DNA of 64,000 bases. It comes from Pocillopora damicornis. Taxonomy: Eukaryota. The stretch's first letter is position 1. Every line of letters starts with the position of its first letter. The DNA lies in assembly GCF_003704095.1 (NCBI RefSeq), contig NW_020844152.1:62001-126000 (forward strand). The letters are read 5' to 3'. The notes under the pieces are model-generated. The model did not search any database. It worked only from the letters and a program-made list of their open reading frames with translations, and was not told the DNA's origin. A program made the translations under genes and the position numbers. Positions 43,315 to 54,977 of this stretch are shown here, piece by piece.

Positions 43315-45840
43315 ATGTTTAGCGGAAGATTTATTTCATCGTTTTCTGTTTTAATACCAACTGCTTCCTCGAATTCTAATGTTGCAAGAAGAAAATCATG
43401 GCTTCTTTTGGTACAATTCAACAACTATGCTAGCAGCGTCAAAAACAAAAGTCAAACAGGAAGTAGACGTTGCTGGAAGTGCAACAGTGAGATAAGATCA
43501 GGGGTAGAGTTCTTCTGCCCCTCTTGCAATATCATTCAAATGCCACCGAGGAAGGTGACTTATTTTGAGCTAATGGGGAGGTAATGAAATGTCAGCTGTT
43601 AATTCACATGTCATTCTTCCTTTCAGCCAATCACATTTTAGATAATGAAAGTGTAAAAGGTCAAAGGTGAGAATAAAACAAATATTCCCTAGGACTGGGA
43701 TACTGTGGGCTGAGAGAATTTTTGTGGCTCCACCAAAAATCTTGAAATTTTTTCTTTTTTAACAACTGAAAGTGAACAAAACGGTGCAGATGCATGGTGC
43801 ATCTGGGCTCCTAGCTGTCTTACTTAAAACTTGATACAGTACCTTGATGATGATTGTCTTGGTATGAATTGGTGAATGCCACAACAGACCCAGAATATCA
43901 TATGTTGTCAAGCAGGCATTTATAGGGAAGTGGTTAAAACTTCCCTTTCACAACTTTCAGAGAGGATAGAGAGATACAGGAGATATAAAAATGAATATCT
44001 CAATTTTGTGTCCCTTTTGTAAGCCTACTCAATACAATATAATGTGTGATCCTGGGCTTGTGCTTGAAATACTAACAAGTTATAATTATTTCTGTTGATG
44101 CAGTCCCACATCATTTGACATTGATACCAGGCAGCTGACCCAACGTTATAAAGAATTACAATGGAAACTACACCCTGATAAATTTAGTGATCTATCCAAG
44201 GTATTTTCAATGACTTTGACAAACAAAGCTGATCAAAAAACGTGTGACAAAATTTTTAGTTTCTAATTGAAATCAATGTGTAATTTATAATTATATCAAT
44301 TTACTTTGATTTCATCACAGAAAGAGCAAAGCTTATCTGAGGAACAATCATCTTTGGTAAATGAAGCTTACCAAACTCTTCTAAAGCCACTTACTAGAGG
44401 GCTTTATCTGGTACGTTCATGTGATGTATCAACCCTTTGACCCTAAGAGTGACTAACATCTAATTTCTCCTTACAGTATCACCCCTGAATTACACATTGA
44501 AATCATGAGAATAAAAGAAAATGATCAGGGACTAAAGCAGCTCTTGATTGTTATCCAGATTCTCCTTGTCACCTAAGGAAATGTACAGAGAACAGTATGG
44601 AGAATATGTATACTGATGTTAGGGTGTAAAGGGTTGAGTTCACTTGTCAACATACAATACCTTAACCCTTCTGCCTCCCCCCCCTCCCCCTCAAGATATA
44701 GGTATCAATTCACTTCATTGTCTGTCATACATTTCCAATAACTTTAGCTCTTTGAATATGGTTCTGTATAGAATCAAAGAAAATTACTTAATTTAAATTC
44801 AAATTTCTTGTTCTAGTTAAATTTAAATGGAATACCTATAACAGAAGATGAAGCCAGTTCTACTGACACAAAATTCTTGGCTCTAGTAATGGACAAATAT
44901 GAAGAAATTTCATCAAGTGAGAAAAAGTTAAAGGAAATCAAAAAAGAAAATAATGGTAAGGACTTTTGAGAAAAATGGAATAATGTAAGTCCATGACACT
45001 TCTTCAGTTTATCTCCAAAAGAGGCACTTGTCCCAGCCATCATGTGGTACAGTTACTTACGAACTTAATTTTTCATTTTTAGGCGACCTGGAAAAGTCTG
45101 TTAAAAAGGTTTCAAAGGCTTTTGAGAGAGGTAAATAAAGGTTTTGGGGGGATTTTAAATTATTTATCTCTCTGCAAATTAGACAGACTCAGTATTATTA
45201 TCAAGAATTCATCAGTAGAAAACGTTTTTTTCATTTGATTTTTGTCAATTTTGTCTGCTGAATTACTGAACAGTTAAGCACCATAAAGGATTATAGTACT
45301 TAGTGAACACATAACAAGTTCCTCAGCCAATCAGATACAGTTCTACTCTTTTGTGGCAGACATAACTGGATGTAGCTGACTGTGGGCCTCAAAGAAAACA
45401 AATGCTTGGCATTAATTTCGGTCTATCAATTAAGACTTCCTTCATCATGATGATAAAACAAGGTTAGGTCTGCATGGAGGAATCTGTATGCAAAAACTGT
45501 CCAAAGGACAAAAAATTAACTCAGTAAGTAAAGAATCTGACCACAAAATTAGAGGGCTTAGTTTCAAATTCTCACAGATGACTTGGATCTTCTCTTTTTC
45601 CCTCACTTTTGACAAATACTAAAGGGGTGTTACTTAAAGAAAAGATCAGAAAACTCGTATTCATATTTATGTTTATAGGCTTTGTTTAGGTGCTTATAGA
45701 AATGTCTGTTTGCCTTCAACTTTATCTCGTGCATCTTGTTATTTTTAGGAGACCTAGAGACAGCAAGGAAGGAGGTGGTGAAGCTTAAATATTTCTCTAA
45801 AATTGATGAGTTTATTAAAGACAGAGAAGGCTGGGATTGA
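43315..45840 (+). CDS. HSCB: Fe-S cluster co-chaperone HscB
   Basis: CWKC...CPSC zinc motif, J-domain LHPDKF, SSLVNEAYQTLLKPLTRGLYL, KLKYFSKI; six exons. Confidence 0.93.
44430..44637. mobile_element. TTAA-type MITE
   Basis: TCAACCCTTTGACCCTAAG ... TAGGGTGTAAAGGGTTGA terminal inverted repeats. Confidence 0.7.
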
Positions 45841-46621
45841 TACGACAAACAGAAAGAAATACCGAACAAGAACAGGCAGCTTGCCAAAAAGGAAATTCAA
45901 ACTGCAAACTGAAGAGAGACACTACAAAGGAGATTACTCTTGTAGAGTTGCTGTTCTCTAACGCAGTTTATCATCTAAAACTTTCCAAAGAGTGGAGAGG
46001 AGACAAGAGTGAGGATTCTCTCTGCGCTAGTTTTTTGATCGAAGTCAAACGGCTCAGGCATGAAATTTATTTTATAAAAGAAGTTCAAATATGAGGATAA
46101 AGATCCAAAAGAAACGTCAGTACTTTTGTGATCTAAGTTGTTGTTAAGACTATGCAAAAACCACTACTAAAAATCTCCCATACAATTCCACACAATAGAT
46201 AAACTGAAAGAGCATTTTGTAGTATGCTGTTGGTATAAATCACTCAAATGTCGTTTATCTTAACTACGGAGACGTTGAAAGGGAATATTGGATAGCCTTA
46301 TTTCCTTGTTATTTTATCATAGTACTTGAGTTATTAAAGAAGAGAGGTCGAAATGGGTATGAAATCTATCGCTGGTTAGCCACGTTTGTAGCCTCTGTAG
46401 GTTTATAGCAATATCCAGCGCGCGCAGTCCTAACACATTACCAATTCAAATAACTTTCCTGTTTTTAATGGGAGGCGTGTCAATCTCTTAAAGAGAAATA
46501 AAAAGCGAATACAAGGAAGTATTTGTAGATAAACATTTGTGAAAGCAGTTCCTAGATTGACTAACATTTTTGGGTCGTTTCTCAGACCCTAAGATTCATG
46601 CGCGCGGCATGATTGACAGCT

Positions 46622-46818
46622 GTAAGGCTGTAAGGCTGACGTTTGGAGCGTTAGCCCTTCGTCAGAGCAATTGACAAGGGGCTAACGCTCGAAACGTCAG
46701 CCGTTAAACTCTTTACGGTGGCCAATTTACGTTTTTAACTCAGTTGATGACACTAAATTATCACGTTATACTCTCCCACCGACGCATCACCCCAGTTTCT
46801 TTAGAAACTTACCCCCTT
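46622..46818 (+). mobile_element. Short retro-type insertion with a head-to-head pair of minimal hammerhead-like motifs and a 14-bp target-site duplication
   Basis: Flanked by CATGATTGACAGCT (46608-46621) and CATGACTGACAGCT (46819-46832); inverted repeat at 46635-46701. Confidence 0.75.
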
Positions 46819-46834
46819 CATGACTGACAGCTAA

Positions 46835-46849
46835 CCAATTATGACGTCA
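46835..46849 (+). promoter_or_regulatory. CCAAT box plus perfect CRE upstream of the EF-hand gene
   Basis: CCAAT at ~46835 and TGACGTCA at 46842-46849 in CpG-rich sequence ~90 bp before the first ATG. Confidence 0.5.
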
Positions 46850-46933
46850 GATGATTGTTTCGGTCGCGCGAGTTTTGGTGAGAAATGTATTTACTCAACG
46901 AAGATGTGAGTTTTATATGGTTATCGCCCTAAA

Positions 46934-49298
46934 ATGAGCATGGGTTGCGCTCCTAGTTATCCCATTACGAGAAGCCCCGTCGTTTATGAGCCAATCACGT
47001 ATTTTAATAGAACGGGTGAGTTCTATAGATCGGTTTAGGCGTGAATGTCGGCAAGTTACGTTCCAAGTTGCAAAGGAAAGAATATCGATTGCGGTAAAGT
47101 ATTTATGTACTTAAAAAAAAAGCGATCGCCAATCATTTTTTGCTTCGAACAGTACATTAGTGTAATGGGTTCAGCGAATGAAGAATCGTCATTTCATAGG
47201 GTTAACTTTTACTCCTCCGACAAAAAAGGTGTTTTCTTTTAACTAGCAACTGCCTCTCTATTTCTACATGTAATTCAGAGTCCATGATAGCTTTCATTGG
47301 GTATTTCCCACAACTCACATGGAGAAGAAAGTATCAAACTTTGTGAATGATAATAAATCAACATATTCCAAAACATGGAATTTTTTACTTTTTCTGATTC
47401 TTCCAGGAACAAGGAAATCACACGGCGAAAACGAGCTAAAAAATACGGAATTTCAATCAATTCAAGAGCAGTACTGGGGAAAACTTCTCATGGAACGAAG
47501 ATTATCAGCTATGAACAGGAAAAAATTTCAAGGTATGGTGTATTTTGTTTCATGATCGAATTGGCTCCAGGAGAATTCGACTCGTATTGACATCGAGCAC
47601 TTTTGTTTCATCTTAGCCCTTTGCATCTACTTGTTTTCAGAAATGGGTGAAAAAGATTTCAGATCGTTGATAGAAGAATTTCCAGAATTTAAAGAATCCG
47701 ACATATCGGACTTACGATTACAATTTCAGACGTTTGATTTAAACCAAGATGGAATAATTGATTTTAGAGAATTGTAAGTATCCAGACTATTTAATGTGTC
47801 GTAACATGAACTTACTTTATAATCGTTTGCGTGGGTCTTAAGTCCTTAAGTTCCTTTTTACTGAACACAGCCCCCTTACGTAAACCCCTAAAATCATGCA
47901 AACCAAGACAGAATAATTTATAAATTTTTCATCGCACATCGGTAGGCCTGCATCGTAAAACAAGGTGATTATGATATACAATTTAAAACCACGCCAACTC
48001 CAACTCCCAATGGAGAGGAAAATGGTTCGACTCAGCAGGAGATCGAGTCATTAGGATTGGTGTTGAATTTCAATTATCCTGTTAATGACTTTAATTATTA
48101 AAATAAAGAATCACGTTTATACCATTCTTGTCTGGAGCCCATTATGGGCTCCTGTTCTTGTACAATCGAGTTAACTGAGTTCGGGTTAGCTGTTAGTAAA
48201 TGACTGAAAAATGGGTTCAATTTCAAGGGAAATCGGATCTTGTTCGAATCAGCGGGATTCTACTGTATTTTCACCTATAATTAAGTACCCCTTTCAGTTC
48301 AAGTGTCCCTGACCGCGAGTACTGACCACAAATCTTCATAAGAAGAGACAACCAAAATTTTTCGCTTACCCTTACGCCCCCTCCTCGCCCTCCTCCGCCA
48401 CCCTTAGGGCCTAGAAATTATTCCTGACCACTTTATTGGACAGCAAAGAAAAACCACTTTTCGAGTCAACCCCACAGTAAACACTAATTCAGTACTGGTA
48501 TCTTTCATTAGAACGCAGGTCCTCGATGACCTAGGGGATAAGTCTGAGCCTGCCGTACGGGAACAGTATTTCAGTGACATTGATAAAGATGGATCCGGTG
48601 CTATTGATTTTGAGGAGTTCTTAACGGTAAGAAACAAACTTTAGATACAACGGCTGAGTTTTGTCAAGTAGCATGGTCCCTTCTTACTCAAAGATGGTTT
48701 CAATATGGAGGAAGGGGGGGGGAGTTGGGGCCCTTTTTAATAATCGACGACTGAAGATATGTCGTTTTGATAGTCGACGGTAAAGTGCTCGGAATAGTGG
48801 TCTCACCTCATCCATCTGGGCCAAGTTGTCCATAGAACAGATAAAGCTGTCCAACAGCTAAATCACTATCCACCGGGTAAATGTTAACAAAACGTACTAC
48901 GATATCCTTCGTATAGAGATTTTTCAAGTGGATGGCGTCACTCATCCTCCACCCTTCGAACAATCGGGGCCTGGTATCGATTTTCTTGCTCATATAGGGT
49001 TCAATAGGTAAGGACTCATTGTGACGAGACTCAATTGAACATGCAGTAAACGTCTCTCACGGTAATCAAACGTTTTTCAGCGGCACAGAAACGGCTTAGA
49101 GAAAGATTTAATAATCAATTTAAGGATCAAAATGTTTTCTTTTTGCAGCTCATTTATCAGCTGCGAAAGACCAATGCAGATTTTCTCCGGTCAAGCGAGT
49201 TGGGTCAGATAGGAAGCTTGTGCAAACGTGGCACAGACAATATTCAAAGAGTCAGAAAACTTAGTGTGGCTAAGCAAATGCTCACGGGGCTGTTTTAG
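46934..49298 (+). CDS. Two-EF-hand calcium-binding protein (AIF1/EFHD-like core) with alternative N-terminal exons
   Basis: Exons 46934(46940)-47015 or 47045-47093, 47408-47532, 47641-47773, 48512-48626, 49149-49298. EF loops DLNQDGIIDFRE and DKDGSGAIDFEE. The core from Met 47643 is secure; the upstream exons are inferred. Confidence 0.8.
48816..48974. mobile_element. Degenerate MITE
   Basis: CTGGGCCAAGTTGTCC ... CGAACAATCGGGGCCTG termini with internal CTATCCA/TGGAT motifs. Confidence 0.5.
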
Positions 49299-49935
49299 GG
49301 GAGACTTCCTAACAACAACGTGCAAATTTCAAAACATGAATGACAATGTGATGCAGTTTACTTTGACTATAGTTCAGAATGAATGAAATGTTCTTGTTAA
49401 TGGTAAACATTTCTATGGTTTGATTCATTCCCCACGATTCTCATAGCTGTGTTTGTATTACGATGCGCGAATTGTATATGAAGCGTTTTTCGGAGCTCCT
49501 TAAGGAACTTCTCTCAGTAATCTTAATAAAAAAAATTTTCAGTAAACCATGCGGTACTCTTTCTAAATCCATTCAAGATTAACTCTTAAACTATGGAATG
49601 GACGCAATTAAGGCAGCCAAACGGGGTGCGACGGTTTACTCGTAATGCTATCTAATCTTGTTTCACAGGTGTACTATGGATAATCATAACTGCTGTCTGC
49701 TGGTAAGAAGGTTCTGTGCGTAAGAAATTTTTGCAATCTTTATTGGAGACCTCCCCCCCTCCCCCCCCCGAAATGGATACCTTGTTATAGAGCAAGGGTT
49801 CCGAAATCATGAACTTGCAGTTTTTGTTTGTTTGGTTTTTTTTTGGGGGGGGGGGAGGGGGGGAACAAAAGTATTCAGGGTAGATAGTCCCCCCCAATGG
49901 GCGAAGGAGACAAACAATATCGTGCATTTATGGAG

Positions 49936-49938
<3 letters not shown>

Positions 49939-49981
<43 letters not shown>
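49939..49981. repeat. (CA)n microsatellite
   Basis: Perfect AC run. Confidence 0.95.
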
Positions 49982-49983
<2 letters not shown>

Positions 49984-50835
49984 GGCAAAGGTTGTAAAAA
50001 GGTTTTTTTTTTCAATAACTAATGTGAAACGAAATAAATTTTCGTATCAACCACTGGAAAATTTCGCCAAACGCGAATTGTTGTCAACGTTAGATGTCTA
50101 ACACGCCATAAGGGCGTTATCTTACAAAAAAATGTCGAGAATTTTAGGCGACTTCTTAAAACTATTGGGATGGAATTTACGGCAAACTTCTTAAAAACTT
50201 ACTTGAGAACTTTACTTTTAGACTTAATCAATAAGTTAACCATAGGAAAGTAATACAATAACAATTCCTCTTCTATAGAACGAAATTCAAAATTACTTAA
50301 TACTACATTCACTTGCATGCTTTTATATCTGATAAATAGCAAAAGAGTCTAAATAAATTTAATTGAGATAATCAGAACCTGAAAGGGAACTATAAAAACT
50401 CCTTGTGAGAAAATATCACAGAAAAAGACTACAAATGTAAGAAAAGGCATGGTCTTCTTTCAGCGATTCCCCCTTGTTGTAACTTTTGTGAACAACGTTT
50501 GTAAGTGGTATGAAAATAACTCATTAGCAAGGGTCCTTGTTTCAGCTTTTGAAAGGCTCTGCCACTTTCATTCCTCAATAAATACTGTATGTCAATCCTG
50601 CCAAAGAACTGTTGATAAATACCTTCATTCTCTTGTTGAGCCATAAACCCCTCCCAAAAATCAACAAATGGTCTGAAAGAGATATTATTAAACTTTTCTA
50701 CAATGATCTAAGTTATTTGACTTTTACAGCTTTGAAGCTCAAATGGTGAAATCCCAAACCTGAAAGAGATCCCACTATAACCTAAAAAAAATTTAACCTC
50801 TACTAGAACAAACATGTTATTCAGGCTCGTTGATA

Positions 50836-53800
50836 TTAGAAATTCACTGCTTCTGTAAAGGAATACCTTAAGAGTACTAAGAGTACTTAATAAATAAAAC
50901 TTCCTGAAAAACACTTTTTAAATATCTGTTCTAAATAACTCTTCCTTGACTTTTGCTTTGTTTTTAAAAAATTTCATCAACACCCTTGTGGAGGAATGGT
51001 CATGGAAAAAGTTTGTTGAATTTTTTTATATTTAAATACCAGTTCTCACATTGAACAACACCACCACAATGTTAGTTTGTTTCCTTTGAAATGGTATCAA
51101 ATAAATGCCTTGTTGCAGCTTGACAAGCTGCAAGTATTCTCAATAAAATGGTTAGTAGGATTTGACAAAATAATTTTTCATTTTTAATAAAGAGAAATAA
51201 CTCCGTAGCTACTCCTGAGAATAAAAGATGAACTATTGTAAAAGTGGTTGTCAGTCTCTATCCTTGAACATTTTCCTTCCTCTTATATTTTTGTTTAACT
51301 CTGGTGTTTGCCTAATCTAGCCAACTATTGATTTTAAGTTCCCTTCTTGAATAACTTAATTTTCTTAAGTGTTTAAAGACTCTAATTGTCTAAGGCTGGC
51401 TGACCCCTTTCCCCATTACCCCTCAAGAGATGTGGTTGTGCCCAATTATCCCCAAGGGGTGCAATGGAAACATTTCAAACTATCCAAAATGCTAGTAATA
51501 AAGTAGCCTTTTACATGCAATTGAGAATGTTTATATTTTTGAATGTGAAAGACTTGTTGAAGATCAGATTTGAAAAAACAAGCAATGTTTGTTAATTAAC
51601 AATTTTCTGCTGAGTTAATCCTTTGGAAGAGCACTTGAATACTGTCACTTATACCTGACAGCTCTTGAATAACTTTTTCAGATGGGTGTTGTTTACTCAT
51701 GAGATCATCCAAGTTCTGAAGTCCTGTTTTCACAGTGTTTACTGCCTTCATGTAGGCATCTTCAATCTATGATAAAATTAAAAAAGAACCTTTTTTTGTT
51801 GTCCGCTGACAATAAAAACTAGTAAATGACCCTGACTATTGAACACCTCTGCTGGAAACTCTCAAATTTAAAGCAATCCAACTCAAATCAACTTCCAACT
51901 GAATTCCAACTGAATTTCCAACTGAATTAAATATCTCAGCTTAGGATGTAACTTTCAATAAAAACCATAAAAATAACATACTGGAATACACTATATTTCT
52001 GTGAGAGGATATTTCTGTAAGGTTGGTTTTCTTCTGTGTGTCTTAGGCTTTCAATAAATTTAGTTTTAAACTGGTTTTACATTCTGAACCTTTCATTCTC
52101 TACAAACACTGAGAGGTGCTCTCTGTTCTCACATTTTTGAACAATTAGTTTGTGTCTCACCAATACATTAAATGGTCAATTTTCTAGCTTAGAGACAGTA
52201 AAAAATGTATGAAAACTGGCAAACTTTCCCTCCTTTTTGTCATTTTACAATAAAATTAATATCTTAAATGAGCTAATATTTCATCAAATAACACAATCCT
52301 ACCTTGGATGACTCATCTTTCAACACATCAGGATCCCTGCAAAATCTTTTTGGTTCTGGCTTTTTAAAGTAAAAATAATACTACATTAAATTCCATCTTC
52401 TTCCACAGCTAAACAATAAAATTCAGTTTTATATATGAAACCTAAATACCTGCTTTCGACCAGATCTGCTCTGTGGCTGTTGCATATCTCTGATCTGTGT
52501 CACTTCACCATTAACATGTGGTTGACCTTCTGTTTTGCTTGGTTCTTTCACAATCACAAGTGCTTCACCTGAATTTACAACTCTAACAATGTCATTAATA
52601 TTCCATTGCTGAGAAATACAGAACACTTGATGCAAGTTCTGAGCAGGGTTTGAATGAGGAATGTTGTCTAAAGGATTGCTCACATTGCCAACAGTGCTGA
52701 CTTCTCTTGAAGTAATGTTAATATGATTTGACCCCACACCAGGGGCAACTCTATGATTTGCATCAAAATTTCCTGCTGCTGCAGCTGGAATGTGTGAGTT
52801 TAACAATGGAGGAGGTCCTGAGCTATTCAAAGCAATCTTGTTGTTTAGAATTGCACCATTCACAATTCGTGGAGGTCGTAGTAAGTCTTCCATGGCCTTG
52901 TAGAGCACTATAGGAGGTGTAGCCCGCAGGTTGTGATTAGAGTAATCAACTGGTAAGAGAGCCTCATGCGACATATCCTTTAACATTCCTGACAGACAGT
53001 TTAGTCCAGCAGCTTGTGACCTGTACCAAACTCCACTTGTAGCAAAATCACGGTTTGGTATTTGAAAAAATGCAGAGCAGGATGGGTTTCGTCTTTGAAG
53101 GAATAACTTCAATGCTGCAACAGGGCACTGTAAACTTCCAGGTACACTAAACATTTTCCTCCCAATGCCCTTATATTTTTTACTCCTCAACTGATTGGAT
53201 GATGACTCACTTAGTTTACAAGCTGCATATTCAAGTCCAGTGGTCTCATCAATGTGAAATTCAAACATGTCAGGTGTCAAATCACGCAAGTCATCTCTAG
53301 AGGTAATCCCAAAATTGATTCCCACAGCCAGAAACACCAATCTCTGCAGAGATTTTGGAGTCTTGATTCCCACAACTCCAGTGGCCCACAGTTTACGGAT
53401 CTCTTCCACATTTAAAGCTGAAGCGGTAGAACCACATTCAGAGGAATCAAGGTACTCTTTCTGGGCTGCTTCCAGGTCATGCAATGTCGCATTAGCTTTG
53501 CTAAATTCTGGAGAGTGAGTGAGGCTGTAGGACTTGCAATATGGTTCACTCTTAAGATGATGATCAATGGCTGAGCGTATGATTCTCAAGGAACTGGCCC
53601 TCTTTGTACCACCATGTTTTAGGTGTGATTCCTTGTAAAACTCGGACAACCAGTTGCTAATCTCTCTTGGTTTCCAATCCTCAAATTCATCCTCCATTCC
53701 CTTGCACTTTAACCACTCTGTGAACAAAGACAAAAACATTGATTTGACCCTTTTATTCAAGATCTAAATACAAATCCTCTTCACTGCCTGACATACTGTT

Positions 53801-54788
53801 CTTTTAATTTCTCAAGGGGAAAGTTTGGTGTTCAATCAAACTTAATATCATAGTTGATATTTTTCTTTCTTCTCATACCCTTACAATTGAAAGTGTATCA
53901 AGACTCTCTGAAAAAATTCAACTTTCCTTGAGATAACCCTCATGCTATGAGAATATTGCCAACAGAGATTTTTGTGGACATTACTATCTGCAGTTTAAAG
54001 TTTTATACATACAACCTGCTAAAAATATTTCTTTCACTGGAAAAGACATCCCAAAACCAAATACCACATGTATGAGCTGTCTGAGGAGTGAAACTTATGA
54101 CTATACAATTACTACTTCAGATGCCCTACCATTGAGCTCTAAAGGATTTATGTAAGCAAATTTGTTGCCCTCAATGAAGACAAATGCTAACAACATGCAA
54201 TACATAGCATTATTTTATTCTTTTCTTTTAATGCAGGGTTGTTATTCCATCTAAAACCATTGTCACCAGTGAGATTTCTGCACATAGCCATATTATACTC
54301 TGAAGCTGTAGTCTCAGAGACAATCTATTGTTTTTTGGCACTGTTTTCCTTATACAAGAACTATATGCATAATGAAGTATGGGATTAAGGAGAAATCTTA
54401 CCACATCCTCCAAGTAATAAATCAGCTTCAAGCAAAAAGACTAAAGTAGCGGACACAGTAAATATCAATGAAGTGTGATACCTTTGAATACTCTGACGTG
54501 ACTGGCGTAATGCCTTGATGTGAGAGTCGAGATGTGTTTACGACCATGGTTTTCCCTTTGATTACTGTCTTCTTCCTGTGCCTCTACGTCGCCAAAAGAA
54601 GCATTCTCGTCCAAGTGAAATTCATCATTTTTCTCTTTCTTTATTTCAATATTGGTGTTGTAATTTAAGCGTTCGACAGTCACATTAACACTCTGATCAA
54701 TGATATTGGAAATGTTAGCGGGGTTCCTGCTTATCACCTCGTCATTTTCGCGATGGTATTCGTCATTAGCTTCTCTGTGATTATCCAT
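50836..54788 (-). CDS. DUF3504 / Crypton tyrosine-recombinase-derived protein (ZMYM/KCTD1/QRICH1-like)
   Basis: Exons 54788-54482, 53717-~52450, ~52360-52303, ~51766-51655, last exon probably 50852-50836. The spliced junction gives SRHYASHVRVFK|EWLKCKG; motifs SSLRIIRSAIDHHL, TPKSLQRLVF, CPVAALKLFLQRR, FFQIP, WYRSQAAG, YSNHNLRAT. Confidence 0.8.
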
Positions 54789-54977
54789 ATTATTTTCTTC
54801 TGCTCTTTAAGAAGCCAAATTTTCCATGATACTAAAAAAAATCTTCATAAGCCTTCATATAACTCCACTACACAGATGAAAACACGAAACCACTTCTCCA
54901 TTTTCCACCAAAACAAAAGGCCCTGACAAGTGTTACTTAGTAGCCACGCGACCTTTATTTGGTAGCCAGGCTCACAG

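Noticed and set aside
49751-49863. C-run / G-run inverted repeat
   Set aside because: Low-complexity homopolymers; pairing is likely coincidental.
50429-50673. 71-aa ORF as last exon of the DUF3504 gene
   Set aside because: The phase does not match the preceding phase-1 donor, and a nearer acceptor at 50852 gives a stop; left unresolved rather than called.
53718-53763. ORF-track start MNKRVKSMFLSLFT of the 443-aa ORF, and an alternative-frame ATG at 54547
   Set aside because: The segment is a pyrimidine tract and acceptor; the phase-1 splice 54482 to 53717 gives a better family-like sequence.
54403-54443. Apparent mini-exon with GTAAG donor in the DUF3504 gene
   Set aside because: It would need a ~38-nt intron and is not required for the frame.
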